Assembly: GCA_973895155.1 (NCBI GenBank)
Contig: OZ316894.1
Span: 1,566,457-1,630,456, forward strand
Origin: Marsupella aquatica
Taxonomy: Eukaryota; Plantae; Marchantiophyta
DNA length: 64,000 nucleotides
Direction of reading: 5' to 3'
Positions 27,557 to 41,300 of the stretch are shown here, one piece after another; the stretch's first letter is position 1, and each line of letters begins with the position of its first letter. The notes under the pieces were generated by a model. The model was not told where the DNA came from. It was given only the letters and a program-made list of their open reading frames with translations, and ran no database searches. Position numbers and translations under genes: made by a program.

Positions 27557-28091
27557 TGTCATGCCGAGGGACAGTGCCTCTTGTGCACATCGACATGTCC
27601 CTCGCATGCCCGCTAGGTATGTAGTTAGGGCTAGTGTACTACTTGAGTTAGTGTCATGTTCTTGTAGCGAGTCTGGGCCGTTCTTGAAGCAAAGGTGTTT
27701 GTTAGTGTGACGCCTGGACCCGGTCCTACTTAGGGCATGTTTTTCTTTGCCATTTTTCAGTTCTTCTTGAATCGCTGTTGATAGAGCTCAGACAGTGCTC
27801 GTCGGTTCCGTACACGGGATTCACATAGTGATTTGTTAGATGCTCCCGACCGATCTTGGCATCTCGCCGGTTTTTGATTTGATTTCAGTATGCTTGTTTC
27901 TCTTACGCCTTTTATATACAGAGGTTTACACCTCCACTACGTACATACCACCTCAGTTGCTTTTTCTTGGCACTTGTGAATGTGATTGGACTTTTTCTAT
28001 GCATGCTGGTTGCTAGCAGCTTGCACATATGCATTGCCGGTGACTTGTATGTTTTTGATACACTATGGCTACGATACTATATGTCACGACA
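27557..28091. mobile_element. 535-bp solo LTR nested in element A2
   Basis: TGTCATG...CACGACA ends with 4-bp TSD AAGC. The empty site gcaagctccc is visible in copy A1 at ~7541. Confidence 0.85.
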
Positions 28092-31000
28092 AAGCTCCCT
28101 TGGGAGATTGAACGTGGCTATTGACTTCGGCAGGATTTGGCAAGCGGGCGAGTTAACACCCGCAAATCCCAAGAATCCATGGTGCCCCTAGACCCAGCTG
28201 AGCTAAGCCCTCCTAGAGAGCTTTCCAACGCACCCAAGAAGTCAAGTTTGGCGGTTTCCCTTAGTGTCGCGACCGCCGCGGCTCACGACTTCGGCTCACC
28301 CTTAGCCCCCAGGGACACACCACTCCCCTCATATATGCTTATGGAGACCTGCCATCCCCGGACCAGCTTTGGTCCCTAAACATTTGGCCCCCAACCCAGA
28401 TCCTATCGCGCATAATGGGCGCGCCACCAACTGGCAACGCCCATAACTTTCTCGTTAGGCATCCACAAGTGGAGTGCCTTAGCCCGTTGTGATCGGGCCG
28501 ACCCAATGCTCATGCCTAGGCCCTCAGGTCTCATCGCCGCTCGGGGCCCCCTCGGGGGTCTCACTATATGGAGGACCCCCCCATCACCTGCGACGTTTTC
28601 ATGCCTAGACCCCCATACTTATTAAGTTGAAATTTTTTTCCTCCCTCTTTCTTTCTTCTAAGAGTCTAAAATCCAAATTGTATTGCCCCTATAATTTGTG
28701 AAGTAAAGTGTCACATATCAATAAAAATGCCTAGAAAGAAAAGATAAGTCTATGTCAGTACCTTGTGAAGTCGTATGTCAGACATGGCACGCCCTGCAAC
28801 AGTTCTTGCACCTTTGTCGACCTTAAACTTTGATCATTTCAATGCATTATTTATATTGTGTACCTAAAAGGTCATCCCAATATAAACCGTACGTGCATAA
28901 GTGGGATGGCCTTTAAGGTCACAACATAAATAATCCATTCCACCCATTGATCACCAATCCCATGCTCCATCCATACTCCATTTAAAACTTATGTTGAGAG
29001 ATGTAACATGTGACGGAGGGGAATTGAACCCCTAATTGAGAAAGGATCTCAAGTTGCCAATCCGTCACCCCCTATCCTATCCCACTACACCCACTAATAT
29101 TAACAAAATAAAACATATATACAGACTCTCAAAAACTAAACAGTAGCATGATATTCATACCATTGTTTGAAGATACTGATCCAAAGCACGTCTATCTATT
29201 GGATCCAACACATAGATACGATCCATAACCCCTTCTTTCATGGTTAAACTAACACTACCAATGATCATTTCAATATCCATCCATTTCAAATCAGTGGTAT
29301 CATATCTGAATTCACTTTTGCTCTTACCAATAGGACTATACCAATTTAACAACAGTTCACAAATGTTACCTGATTGCCCTGCGAGTGGAGTTGGCCTATC
29401 CATCAAATCAATTGGTGACCGACAATTGCCCCACCTACTGCCATACTTCTGTCTCATTTGGACAATCCGACCAAACCAAAAATATTTCTTACCTGCTGAG
29501 ATTGCCTCCACCACAACCTTATTCTTTCCTCCCTTTCTTTTTCCAGATCTAGTACTTGGAGCAGGATTATCATCAGACTCAAATGCAATTGCACAATCAG
29601 TGCCAACATCAACAAAACATGAGTTAGGATTGACTTCTTGCACTTTTCTCTTGCCAGTACTATAGTATAGCACTTGTTTCACCCTTGTCAGCCTATCTTT
29701 TGACAAATGCGGATTTCCTACCAATTGGCTTACCATAGTGGATTTGTAAATCACCTTGCCTTCATAAGTAACAGTAGGCACTACCTTGGTACGATTCTGC
29801 ACATTAGTTACAGCATGGACAACTGATCCAAACACATGCCGAACTTCATGACCTAATGTCTCAAGCTCATCTGAGGGGTCTACATCAAACTGTATATCAT
29901 CTCTGTGTACATCATCTGAATGCATCTCAGGAACAACAATGGGATCTGGTTCTGTTAACCATGCATCTATTCTATTCAGATCATCCTCAGGATCTTCCAA
30001 TTCATGAAAATCTCCAGTTGGGCGAGGACCTATGTCTGGTGGTTGGTGCTCTACTTGCTCCTTAGAATCATTGCAAACAATTGCTTCCTTCATAACCACC
30101 TCTAGTGGCCAGGTCTCACTTTCCACAACCCAAGGACATGTCCACCATCTCTTTCTAGCTGCTGGTAAGGAACTTCGTGGAGACATCTGCAATTGATGCA
30201 TAAGATCCTTAGCAGCAACAAAACCTTCTTTAAGGGCTGCAACCACTAATTCATTAGTCTCAATGAGAGAATAGTCAAGTAGATTTGGTGCTTCCTCCCC
30301 TTCCCCTATAGGATGAATCTTCCCCCATACATGATCTTGTTTCTTATGTGAACGACCTATCTTCAAGCCTTCTGGTCCATATTCTAGGGCAGCAAGCCGG
30401 TTCAGTCCAACAGCACTATCCAACAGAGAGCCAAAATCATAATTTCGCTCATGGCCACTCATGCCTCCTACCTTGCTGAAGAAAATCTCACAACAATCCG
30501 AACCTAGCAAGTGGAAGGGAACACCTAGATGTGGGAACTTATCTCGAAAGGCACAAATTAACAGCACAATGAAATGACATGACATGTTAACATCATGAAA
30601 AGCTTGAATAGACATCATGTCTTTCTCAGTGTGTGCTGCAAAGTTCCCACTGACCCACTGAATGGTCACCAAACCTCAACCACAATCTCCACAAACGTAG
30701 AAAGAATGAAACCTTGGATGCTAACACAAAACGGGACCTCAAATCATGAACTGGAGAAAAGAAAATATCTAAGTAATCTGCACAAATCTCCAAGTACAAC
30801 TGAGTTCCTAAACTTCATTCATGTCGTACATCTCTCCTCTCATACATATCTTTCAGACATTGCTGCACTCTTCTTGCTGCTATTCGTTGTGGACCTGCCC
30901 AATTCTGCCGGTCAGTCCTATTCACATCATCCCAAGCCATGCCATGTTCATGAATTGGATAATGATTGTAGACATTAGCTACATAAGATAAAGATGCATG

Positions 31001-31100
31001 TTGATCTCCTAGCACCAGTAAAGAAGACACTCTGTCTAAGGGGTTTATCATCTTTTTCCCATTATGAGGTTGGTCTTGGTCACCAAAGCCATACAAACCT

Positions 31101-34100
31101 TGTGAGATAAGGATGTTTATGAAGGAAGGGTTAACTAGCCATAAATTTTTGAATTTTTAAGTTTAAGATCTCAAATGAGGCTAAAGAGGGACCTGAAGAC
31201 TACTATGAAGTGTTATGAGACTCTCAAGCCCATCTGAGGTCAACCCGGATTGATATTGGAGAAGGAGGATCGACCCGGAACTTTTTGTTATAAACCTGGA
31301 ATGAGATATAAAGCTTATACCGAGACTCTACTCAACAACAGCTGTCCATTGCCAAAGTTTTTAAAACCATAAGTCAAACACAGGCACGACCACAGCAGAA
31401 TCCGGATATAAGGAAGGAGAGTCGATCCGGCCTCTCACACCTCTCAAAGCCGAACTTAGTAGGTTTTGAGTTCCCGAGCGCATTAGGCTGTTAAAGCAGT
31501 AGAGTGAGGAGGCTCTACCCTTTTGGTAGAGGATCTTGGGTCCGAATTATAGGACCAATCTTGAATTTCTTGATGAGAGCCTGGATATGAGGGTACTGAC
31601 TGATTCGTTGTGAGGGGAATGCCTACTCCGCCGCTGGGAGTGAAGGCAGGAAGTTTGAGATTCTAGCATACATCGGTGATGAGAACGAAGGCCAGGTCGA
31701 TCCGGACATCCACATTGCAGGCCCTTTTGAGTCTATCTTTGCCCCATGTTCGATGCACCTGAATTTTGATTGACGGGATCTTGATCAACGTTTCCAGAAG
31801 CGCTTGTCAGATGATCAGAAACGCCGTAGCCAGGTCGACCCGGACATTGCTACCATTGGTCGACACCAAAGCGATTGACCATTCTGAAGTCGCAGCATTG
31901 TAGAGCTCGCCGACGAGGAGGCAGGCCATTTATTGGGAATCCATTTTTTGCTTCGATAAGTCCTATGGAGCAAGGGACGGATCCAGCCGGAATGTCCACT
32001 TCTCGCATCTCTAAGGGGCATTCAACCTCAACATCACCTGCACCTACTCCGGTTAAAGCCCCTGTGAGATGATCGAAGAGAAAGGAGGTCCCTATTGCCA
32101 TGAAAATTCTGAGGCCAGCTATTCCGGACAGTGAAGCTGAGAAGGTCAAACTGAGGGAGTCTTTGCTCAGGATGGGCTGTGAGTCTCTGATGGAGCTACC
32201 TTGGAGTTATCAGAGCGAAGATATGATCAGAGAGATCCGATCTAAGGAGTATCCGGCTGAGTTTAAGGATAGCTCCAGAGGCCGACCTGAGCGATGGACT
32301 CAGATGATGATTGCAAGAGCTTTTGTATTGGAAGATGAAGGAGAAGGTCCAGTGGGAAGAGCTGTCAACCTAATCCTTCCTTACTTCAAAGGAGCCATCA
32401 ACAGTAAGGATGGGTTCAATGTTTCTAAGTGTTTGGATCCTGATTTGAGACGAGTCTTCAGCTTTCTGCTACCTCTGCTGTACCCTGAGAAGCCAAGAAG
32501 AGTTACTGTTGGAGTTGGCTCTACCATTGTTGCTGCTTACAAGGGAGAAAGAAAAGTCAACTGGGCTAAGCTTATCTTTGATTTGATAAGGAAGTTGGTA
32601 CAGAACCTATCCAACAAGAGTCCTACTCCCCTCTCCTGCTACCTGGTACATCTATATAGCTTTGAAGGAGTTTTGTTCAGAGAGGAGAAGAAATTACTAT
32701 TGGCCAAGTACAACTTCATCAAGTATGGAGAGACAGATCCAGATATCACCCAGGCCACCTCTGATGACAGTGAAGATGAGGAACCAGCAGAGACAAATCC
32801 TCGAAAGACCCGGTCTGCTGCCCGGAACCTCGACCCGGACTTTTCCGACCCGGCCTTCGTCGACCCGGCTGAATGTCCGGATGCACCCGGCCATGCCTCC
32901 CAAGACACCCTAGCTGATTTCCAGATCATCTCAGACACGTTCCAGAAGGTGAAGAGGAAGACCACTGTGATGGAGAAGGTCATCACCGACATTTCGCAGA
33001 AGCTAGGAGTGAAACTAGGGCAGATTCTTGAGAAGATCTCCACCATGAGTGATGCCACAGATAAGAAGAAGTTGGAGAAGGAGAATGAGTTCCTCAAGAA
33101 GAAGGTATCTGAACTCAAACAGCAGTTGGAAAGGAGTAAGAAGAAGAATGAGCTTGAGCATACTCTCCAACTTAGTATCACTCAATCTTTGGATCTGATT
33201 GAGCCTTTGACTAAGATAGCTTCTCTGGATCTTCTTAAGGCCCAAATTTATGATGAGTATTTGGCCAAGAACACCACACCCATCCTTTTCTCCAAGATTA
33301 ACCATTTAGTGGTAGATGTGAGTACCAAGGTGGATGATGCACTTACACGCCTCTCAAAGACCTGTGAAGCCTTAAGGGAGATGAGTGACTTGACTACTGA
33401 GGAGCTATTAGCTGATACTGAGATTCCTCCCTTTACTACCAGATCTTTCTCTCCTAGTCCTCATGAAGGAGTCTATTCCACTGGCCCCTCATCACCCCTC
33501 AACCCTCCTGGTTTCCCCACTCCCAGTACACACTTCCACTCCCATTCTTACACCTATTCTCATGACCCAAGTGCCCATCAGGAGAACATGGATATTGACC
33601 CGTCCATCCCTTTTACCACTGGCCAGCAAGGAGTTTTCCTTCGACCAGAACCCCTTGCTATGGCTAACCCCGAGGAGGTTCCTTCCCAAAAGCTAGGACC
33701 AGAATAGAGTTATATTTAGAGAGTTAGAGCCACATTAGTTTAGACTTAGAAATATCTATATAGATTAGTATATGAGTAAGTAGACTCCAGTATTTTGTTG
33801 ATGTATCCATTGGAGACTCTACTCCATTTTTGACTAGGATAGTTCACTTTTATTTACATATTTCTTTAGACTTGGGTTTTGAAGAGGCATGTCTTTTCAT
33901 AATCTCCACTTTTAGTACAAAAGGAGGAGAACCCAAAGTCAACTAAGAGAGAGAAAACATACATTTTGATTTCCTCATTGCCTTTGAAGGAATCTATGTC
34001 TTTCTTCCCTTCTTTTTACCATGGTTGAGTAAAAGGAAGAAGTTTAGCAACCCTTGAGTTGTTGTGAAATGTTCAATGAATGCTAGAGTGTGCCTATAAT

Positions 34101-34695
34101 GATATTGGAAGATCAATGAGATTTGTGACCAATACATTTGGAAGATTCACCAAAGAGGAAATTGACATTTGCACAAAACTCAACCAAGCAATCTTAAGGA
34201 TTGTAGGAGAAGTAAGTCGATTCGAGTATCCTAGTACCGTCCTCAAGAGGACCAGAAAAGTGTCCCGGGTTGATTTACATTCATATCTTCTAAATTCAAG
34301 AGATGGAGAAGAGTTGCTACGAGAAATCAAAAAGCATAGAAAATGTTGATTTCTGAATCTTAAATTAGGCCATAATCCTTATTGAAGGAGTGGTGATGGT
34401 CAGAAATTCAATTCCCTTGCACTTTGAAAACTCCTATCTACTCTCTCTCTAGTTTCAATCTTTGTTAATTCTAGTCTTTATTATTGCACTGTGAATCCTA
34501 AGGATTACCCACTTGAGTTTGTGGTTAAACACTTATGTTAAGGAGATCATTAGAAATCTCTCCAACCTAAGAATGTTGGTGTAAACTTCTTAAATTTTGT
34601 TAATTAGGTCTTTTCGATCTTATCCACTCCTAACCGGAACGAAATCGAGTAGTTAAGGAATAAATAGTCATTTATCTCTTTATCACCTTGCTACA
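31101..34695. mobile_element. 3.6-kb TG..CA solo-LTR-like insert carrying an ORF
   Basis: TGTGAG...CTACA ends with 5-bp TSD AACCT. Removing it restores the transposase frame (...PNGGL/YGFGDQDQPH). Confidence 0.85.
32100..33707 (+). CDS. LTR-borne protein of unknown function (535 aa; globular N-domain plus coiled coil)
   Basis: Long ORF that extends upstream in the same frame (31875-32072) past one TGA. Shares the pattern G(F/Y)...C...L.F....L...P....NWA..F with the 39381-41240 ORF. Confidence 0.6.
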   Translation: MKILRPAIPDSEAEKVKLRESLLRMGCESLMELPWSYQSEDMIREIRSKEYPAEFKDSSRGRPERWTQMMIARAFVLEDEGEGPVGRAVNLILPYFKGAINSKDGFNVSKCLDPDLRRVFSFLLPLLYPEKPRRVTVGVGSTIVAAYKGERKVNWAKLIFDLIRKLVQNLSNKSPTPLSCYLVHLYSFEGVLFREEKKLLLAKYNFIKYGETDPDITQATSDDSEDEEPAETNPRKTRSAARNLDPDFSDPAFVDPAECPDAPGHASQDTLADFQIISDTFQKVKRKTTVMEKVITDISQKLGVKLGQILEKISTMSDATDKKKLEKENEFLKKKVSELKQQLERSKKKNELEHTLQLSITQSLDLIEPLTKIASLDLLKAQIYDEYLAKNTTPILFSKINHLVVDVSTKVDDALTRLSKTCEALREMSDLTTEELLADTEIPPFTTRSFSPSPHEGVYSTGPSSPLNPPGFPTPSTHFHSHSYTYSHDPSAHQENMDIDPSIPFTTGQQGVFLRPEPLAMANPEEVPSQKLGPE

Positions 34696-37600
34696 AACCT
34701 CCATTTGGTAGAATTGAAACAGAGTATGTCCACCCTTCCCACCCAACTCCGTACCTTGGGTATGATCCATTCTACCCTCTGTAATCTTCCAGCATCAGCT
34801 TTCGGCGACGTGCATCACCATCACTAGCATGTCCAAGCAAAGGGCCTACCATAGCTCTACAATATTCATCCCAAAAAGCCTTTAACTGGACCCAATGCTC
34901 TCGTACCCAAGAAGCTGTGAACTTATTACAAGTTGGAAGTGCACACACAGCCAATTTAGGTAAGGACTCATGCAGAGGATTCACAATCACAACTCGGGCA
35001 TACATGCACTTGGGGCGTTGTTCAAATGTACTTACAATTTTATCATACCCCTCATCACCTTCACCAACTAGAATTTCCAAACCATAGGAGCATACATGCT
35101 GCTCTGAAGGGCCACAAAAACCAATGAGAGTATCATACTTTGCCTCCCACCTGAAACACAGACATGCAATTTTTCAATATCACAGCAATTCCAGCCAAGT
35201 GCTACTTGTAAAGTCATTAAAAAAACAATTGGAAAAATGTCCAGTTCCAATTACCTAGGGCGTTCTTTGATCCTTGTTTCATCCTCAGCAAAGATAACAG
35301 GCACATCCCCCTCAATGCCCAATGAGTGCTTTGCAGCAGACAACACTCTAGCAATCTCCTGAAAGGTTTCCTTCCGTAACCCGGTTCGAAAAGGTGTGAG
35401 TTTTGCTCTATCACGTTTTAGGGTCACAAGGCTAGGGGCTGTCAAGTTTTGTGCAAAACAATGAGCAACTTGACGGCCCCCAAATTGGAACATAGCCTGA
35501 GCAATAGCTCGAGTCCTATTACTGTAACGATTACCTTTTGGCTTCCTGCTTAAATTGCGAGCTACATCCTTCAAGAAATCCCACAAACCCTCCTTACCAC
35601 CAAATGCACCATTCCTGTGTCCATTCAAAATACTCCTAAGAAACAATCTCAAATCCATCCTGTCTGTTGCAACTCCTAACAACTCCTCTAGTTTTCGTTT
35701 CCTGGTGCTCAAGGCACATACTTTCTGAGCCTGCAAAGCTAACAACCAACGCTCTTTTCGTCGCACACAGTTCAGGTTGTGCACTTGATCTCTTAACTCT
35801 GTGTTGGTCAAATAATCCAAACGTATACCACCAGCAGTGGTTCGGCTCCCTCTGTGGACTACTGCTTCCGCTTCCCTGTGCACCTATCCACGAAAATCAT
35901 CTTCTAGTGTTATAGAATCACATTCACTACAAGTTAGATTTTCAAATCCTCCTCCATTCTGTGATAACCTCAAGCAATCCTTGTGTCTAAAACAGCCTGC
36001 TATACTCACAACACTCTCTCTACTTGGATGGAAAACATCCAAGCAACAACTTGGCTCACAATGCCATGTAATTCCCCCAGACTGATCATCTAAAATGCCA
36101 GAAATATCATAAGATATACCCTTCCATAACAGTCGAGGCACACCTCTCTCTACCCATAATCCCCAGCAAAGCAAACTCAGACCAAGATCAACAGATTCAC
36201 ACACACCTGAACCTGAACCTGAACTGCTGCCTGTCCGGGACCCATCATCTTTAAAGAACTTCAAAATCCCGCTCTGACCAGGATGTAGGTCCCTAGAATC
36301 AGTCCTCTTTGGCCTGCCCCTCTTCCCAGACCTCAAGGCAAGCATTTTTGTGTCATGCCTAGTCTCCAATGCATCCAAGTGATCTCGACTCACTAAGTGT
36401 GTCCTCAAATTGGGCTCCAAGGTAAGCTTCTTGGGGCACAAGTCAATGTGAAGCATTCCACAGATAGTACAGCGAACCTTAAACAGGAAAGACCTGTTTA
36501 CATACTCAGGAGTACTGGGATCAGGAACAATAGAGAATAGTTTGCCATCATCCCCAAGCTCAGCATTCAATCGCTGAACTATCTCAACACCTACTTTGAT
36601 GGCGTCTGCATGATCATATTCTGGCTTCTCAGAGCTGTCTGCTACCTGAACCAAAGTAGAAGGATTAATGCCCCTTCTCCGACAATAGTTATCCTTGTGC
36701 TTATTGAAGACCAAGTGTTTGGTCTTAAAATTACTAAAGCAATTGGAGATGGATTTAGGGTTCTGAGAGTTGTCTGCATTGCCATAAGTTTCCCTACATT
36801 CAAGACACTCCAGATGCCCTCGAACATCTGTCCCCTCATCCCAGGTACAAATTCTCCAATTGTGATCACCATAACCCTTCTTATGCACCCATTTCTCTAA
36901 CCTCATCCACTCATCTTTCCATAGCTTTGATGGGTCATCTCCCATCAATTGTGACTCAAAAGAAGCCCTTACAGGGGAGGGTGCTAGTGCTGTTGGCCCC
37001 AGTTGTGGTGTCCCAGTATTTGGACCCAATGATGCAGGAGTGCAAGGATGACAGGGTACTGGTGGGATCCTCCCACCATCTCCAAGTTCTTGTTGTACAA
37101 CAATAACTCTTCCATCCAGCTCAGACAGATCAATTAATTTCTCATGTACAAGTTTCACTCGACCAGGAAGTCTCTCATCCCAAAAATCAAAGTCAAAGTC
37201 TAGAGTAGAGGCAATACGAGCCCTAAAATCATGTAGGGTGTGTCCTTCTTTGAATGACAAAACACAGATTGGTAAATCAGCCTTGTCATCCCCAACTTTG
37301 CGTATTAATTTAACAGAGTTGGGTTTAGGGGCTGCCATTGCAATACAAATCTAGAACATGCATAGCACCATTGCTTTTGGAGTCGATAACAGAAAGACCT
37401 GCACAAATACATTTGAAATACACACAAGGGAAACACATTAGGATCTTCAAGAGATGTAATGACAACATACACATTCTCATGTAATGTACATAATGTCAGC
37501 ATACATTTAACAATAGAAGTGCTAATAGGCCAAAACACTTTATAATGCAATCCATCATACATGCAAATGTATTCAGTGAAAATCATGATATACCGTTAAA

Positions 37601-38395
37601 GTTGGATAAAATATCTTTGGACAAAATATCCTTTTCGCCTGCTTTTCTAACAATTCCCGAGGTTTAGTGCTTCTGCTCATCAAAATGCAGCACTATCAGT
37701 GACCTTAATTATGACAAAATGTCAACACTAATAAAATTGGGTACTACCACCCATGATGCACCTTAAGTATGTGCCTTGCTCATACCCCACTAAGACGTTG
37801 AAACTTAAGTAATAGGTTTGTTCATTATTCAGATCACTGGAGCCATGAAATGTGGTCCCTGATTGGAGTCTTGAGGTGTGGATCAATAGGATGACGGGGG
37901 CAATAAACCATCTGTCGCTGTTGTCCATGTGCTTCATGGTCCCAGATGTCCCTATCATGAGCGAACCCTTTGCTTTTGATCATCTGGAGACAACCTGTAT
38001 GCCAGGCATTTGGACATCGTAGACATTGTACCATGTTCTTGACCATCTGACCCTCAAGACTTTGATAACATTTCACACATGTATGCAGTGGGCAGGACTT
38101 TACATCAGCTACCAAACACCCAAAGCAATAAAATCGTACAGAAAACGATTAGAGCATTTTCGCACAATTGTAGGTGACGGTCCCACAGTGCGGCACCCAT
38201 AACACATGCTCTGGTCCTGGTTACAATTTGGGCAAAACCATGGCTTCCCTCCATGATGGAGGGGAAGGACTACACAGGGGCAAGAGTCATTAGGGGCTTC
38301 ATCTCCAACCACATAATGAAATTGCCTCTGACATGGCCCATCACAAATTACCAACTTCCCACCATGCTCACAAGTTGCACAAACATGAGGGCTAG

Positions 38396-41300
38396 TGTCG
38401 CACCCCTAACCTGGGCCTTCAATCCAGGTTAGTGTCGTGGTGCGACCTCGACCACCAGTAGGGGTACGTGAGGGTTCGGGCAAGGAGGTGTGTAGTGACC
38501 TTCAATAGCCCTAAGTCGGGCTAAGCCGATATACTTACTGGTATAACACTAAAAAAACGTACTTGACATAGGTATATTTATTTTCCACCGCTGGAATATT
38601 CCCTCAGTTAGTGACGCGGACTAACTCCCGACTTGGGGCTTTTCAAGCCATCGACGTGATAGGACCTTGTGACATGCAATGAGTGGCAATCCCTACCATT
38701 AGTCCGCACCCGGTACGTCCCTTAAAATGGCGCCTTTGCCCAGACAAAGCATACACACAACACCAGTTACTCTCAGAAACATTAGGGGGAAAAGACTACA
38801 TTTACTCAGTGAAGCATCAGTTTACATGGTTGACTCGACTTCAAAGGGGGTCAGCAGGCCCAACGGTAGTCGATGCCCAGTCTCTACGAGGCCCTGCCTC
38901 GCACTTGCCCAGCAAGCTCGACTCTGGCTCTCACTCCTTGGTGTGCTCTGACCCTACTCAGGCCGGGACTCCCTGTGCCTCGCCTTTCTTCTGCTGAGAT
39001 AACTAAGCCTTCTCCCCCCTCCCATCGCGGAAGGGGAAGCCTAAATACTACCATAGTGGAAGAGAACCGGAGGATACTACCTTCCGGGGTACTACCTACT
39101 GACTAACTATCTGCTGACTACTGGTCGCGCTGCACTGACCGGTTGACCGTCGACTACGAGTGTGCCAACCGGAATGGCAGCAGCCAAGCCTACTGACAAA
39201 CTCTAGTCCGTTGATGGACTCCATCCTACGTTGGCTGATCCTAACTGACCGGCCCTAATTCTTCCTACTGCCGCTAATCGGCGCCTAATGACAGTCATTC
39301 TGTCGTTACGCCTAACCAAAAGATGTCGCTGACTTAACCGCCTCGCGCGGCGCCTGCTTCTACCCTTCGCTAACCACCCCTTACGTGTGTGCAGTGGTTG
39401 GACCAGGGCTGGTCCCCTTGTCGGGGTGAGACCTCGAGCCGCCTTGATCAGAGGTGGGCCCAGGTTTTCCCCGTTGGAGGACGAGCAGGGTGACGCGGTC
39501 CTGCAAAGCCTTGTTGTCCCGTACTGCTTCCTCCGCCTCGTTTGCAGCTTCATCGGCTTCAGTCTGGAGCCGCGCCACCTCCAAGTTGAGCTGGTCGATG
39601 GCGTCGCGATGGACCTGGTCCTGCGCTAGCAATTTATCTCGTTCGGCGGAGAGACCAGCCACCTGCTGTGCTGCCTGCAGGAATTGTTTGTTGAGGTCGG
39701 TCAGGCTGGTAACCCGAGCCGAAGATTCTGAGCGTAATTGAAGCACGGTATCGTCCAGCTTCTTGAGTTTAGCCTGCGCTCCGCTTAACTCCTGGGTTAG
39801 TCCGTCCCTCTGTTCGACAGTGCGGACTAAATCCTCATGGCGGGTCGTTGCCTCCTCCTCGAGGTGCTCTACCAGCATCTGGAGACGCCCGATCTCATTC
39901 CCCTTCGCCATGAGTTCTTCTTCCAAGCGGCTGACGATCCGTGGTTGGTGCTCTAACATGAAGAAGGCTGGCTGAAAGTACGCCGAGACTTGTTGTCCGA
40001 TGTATGTCGCCAGCTCCCCAGACATAGTTTGGCTAAACTTCTGGACCAGGTCGTAGGCCATGGTCCCCGGGGCTACTTGGTAGTCCTCCATCCTCTCGGG
40101 TACTGGTGGTTCCTCGGCAGGGGCAATGAGCTCCTCTGTAGTCAGCGCTGGGGAGGGGAAGGTTTCTTCAGGTGGTGGAGGGATTGGGGGTGGTTGTACT
40201 GCAGGTAGCGGAGGCTCAACGGAAGGAGTCGGTGGAATTTCCACAGGGGGCAGTTGTGGAGTATTAGTCGGGGCTTCCGGCTCGGGGTTTGCCCGAGGGA
40301 CGGTAGTCCGCGTAGTCGGGGTTGCCTCCTCTGGGGCGGGGGTGACATTACCCGGGGCTGAGGTGGCCATATTCTTTCCTCTGGCCTCCCGCCGTGCCTT
40401 GTACCAGGCAAGGATAATGGCGATATGACTTCCCAAGTAAGTCTTCCCCCCAATAGCCATACCACCCTGAGCCCGCTTCAGCTCCCCCGAGAATCTTCGG
40501 TAGAAGAATTGGGCCCAGTTTCGTCGTTTGTACTGTTCCACCTGCACGATCGTGTAGAGGGAAATCTCGGATCGTGGCTCAATCATGTGTAGGGTAGTCC
40601 GTATGAAGTTAAGCCGCTCCATATAGGTTAAGTTGGTGCACGCCCCCTGCTTGTATCCGTTGTCCGTCTTACCCTCGGGTTTGAAGTGCCGCGGTGTATA
40701 CTCCTTATCCCGAATTCGGATTTCCACCGGCACCGGCCCGGTTGGTAGGCAGAAAATTTGCGTTAAACGATGCTCCGTGAGTGATAAGGTCTGCCCCAAA
40801 ACCTTGGTGGTCAACGCATCAGTGTCGAAATTGGAGATGAACTCACAAATCTCCTTCGGCCCGGCGGCACACGGCCTCCATAGCAAGTGGGCGAACCGCT
40901 CCAACTGATGCTTCTTGAGATAGTCCGCATGTTCGAGTTTCTTGATCGCGATCCAGACTACCTCGGGGACGCGGATTACCTGTAATAAGTTGGACTTCGG
41001 GTTATCCGGGGGCCGTCGGGTCTGGTTGGTCGGGGGGTTTGCCGGGGCAGGTGCAGGTGCGGCGTCGGTCCGTGTTGATTCGGGGGCCGTCGTAGTCCTT
41101 GACCGCTTACGAGGACGCTGTTCGAGTTGCGGACTAGCTCGCTCGGAACCCGAAGAACACTCCGTGTTGATTACTAGACGGACTTGGGACTGGTTCGGCG
41201 GTACTCCGGTGGTTATCGATTGAGGCACGGGGGTAGCCATATCCCAGTTGAAGGCGTTGGAGCTTTCCCCGAGGAACGTGAGATTACGCGCCGCTTCCCG

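Larger units (their letters stand above)
29155..37338 (-). pseudogene. Large DDE transposase of P-element/THAP9-like type (~1,490 codons), disrupted
   Basis: Reassembled from 37338-35255, intron 35254-35151, 35150-34696, an LTR insert, and 31095-29155. Ordered motifs FAEDET, ASDGD, DQPH (DxxH), DRQNW, GSDCCEIFFS; N-terminal C2H2-like Zn motifs and AT-hook KRGRPKR. In-frame stops at ~35884, ~34772 and ~30815, and a frameshift at ~30660. Confidence 0.75.

Noticed and set aside
28562-28566. CACTA pentamer just inside the left end, suggesting a CACTA element
   Set aside because: The right end has GAGTG rather than TAGTG, the inverted match extends outward rather than inward, there is no 3-bp TSD, and no TnpD is present
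31092-31100. Apparent 9-bp TSD tacaaacct (Mutator-like) around the 3.6-kb insert
   Set aside because: Better explained as TG..CA ends plus a 5-bp TSD AACCT; there are no long TIRs
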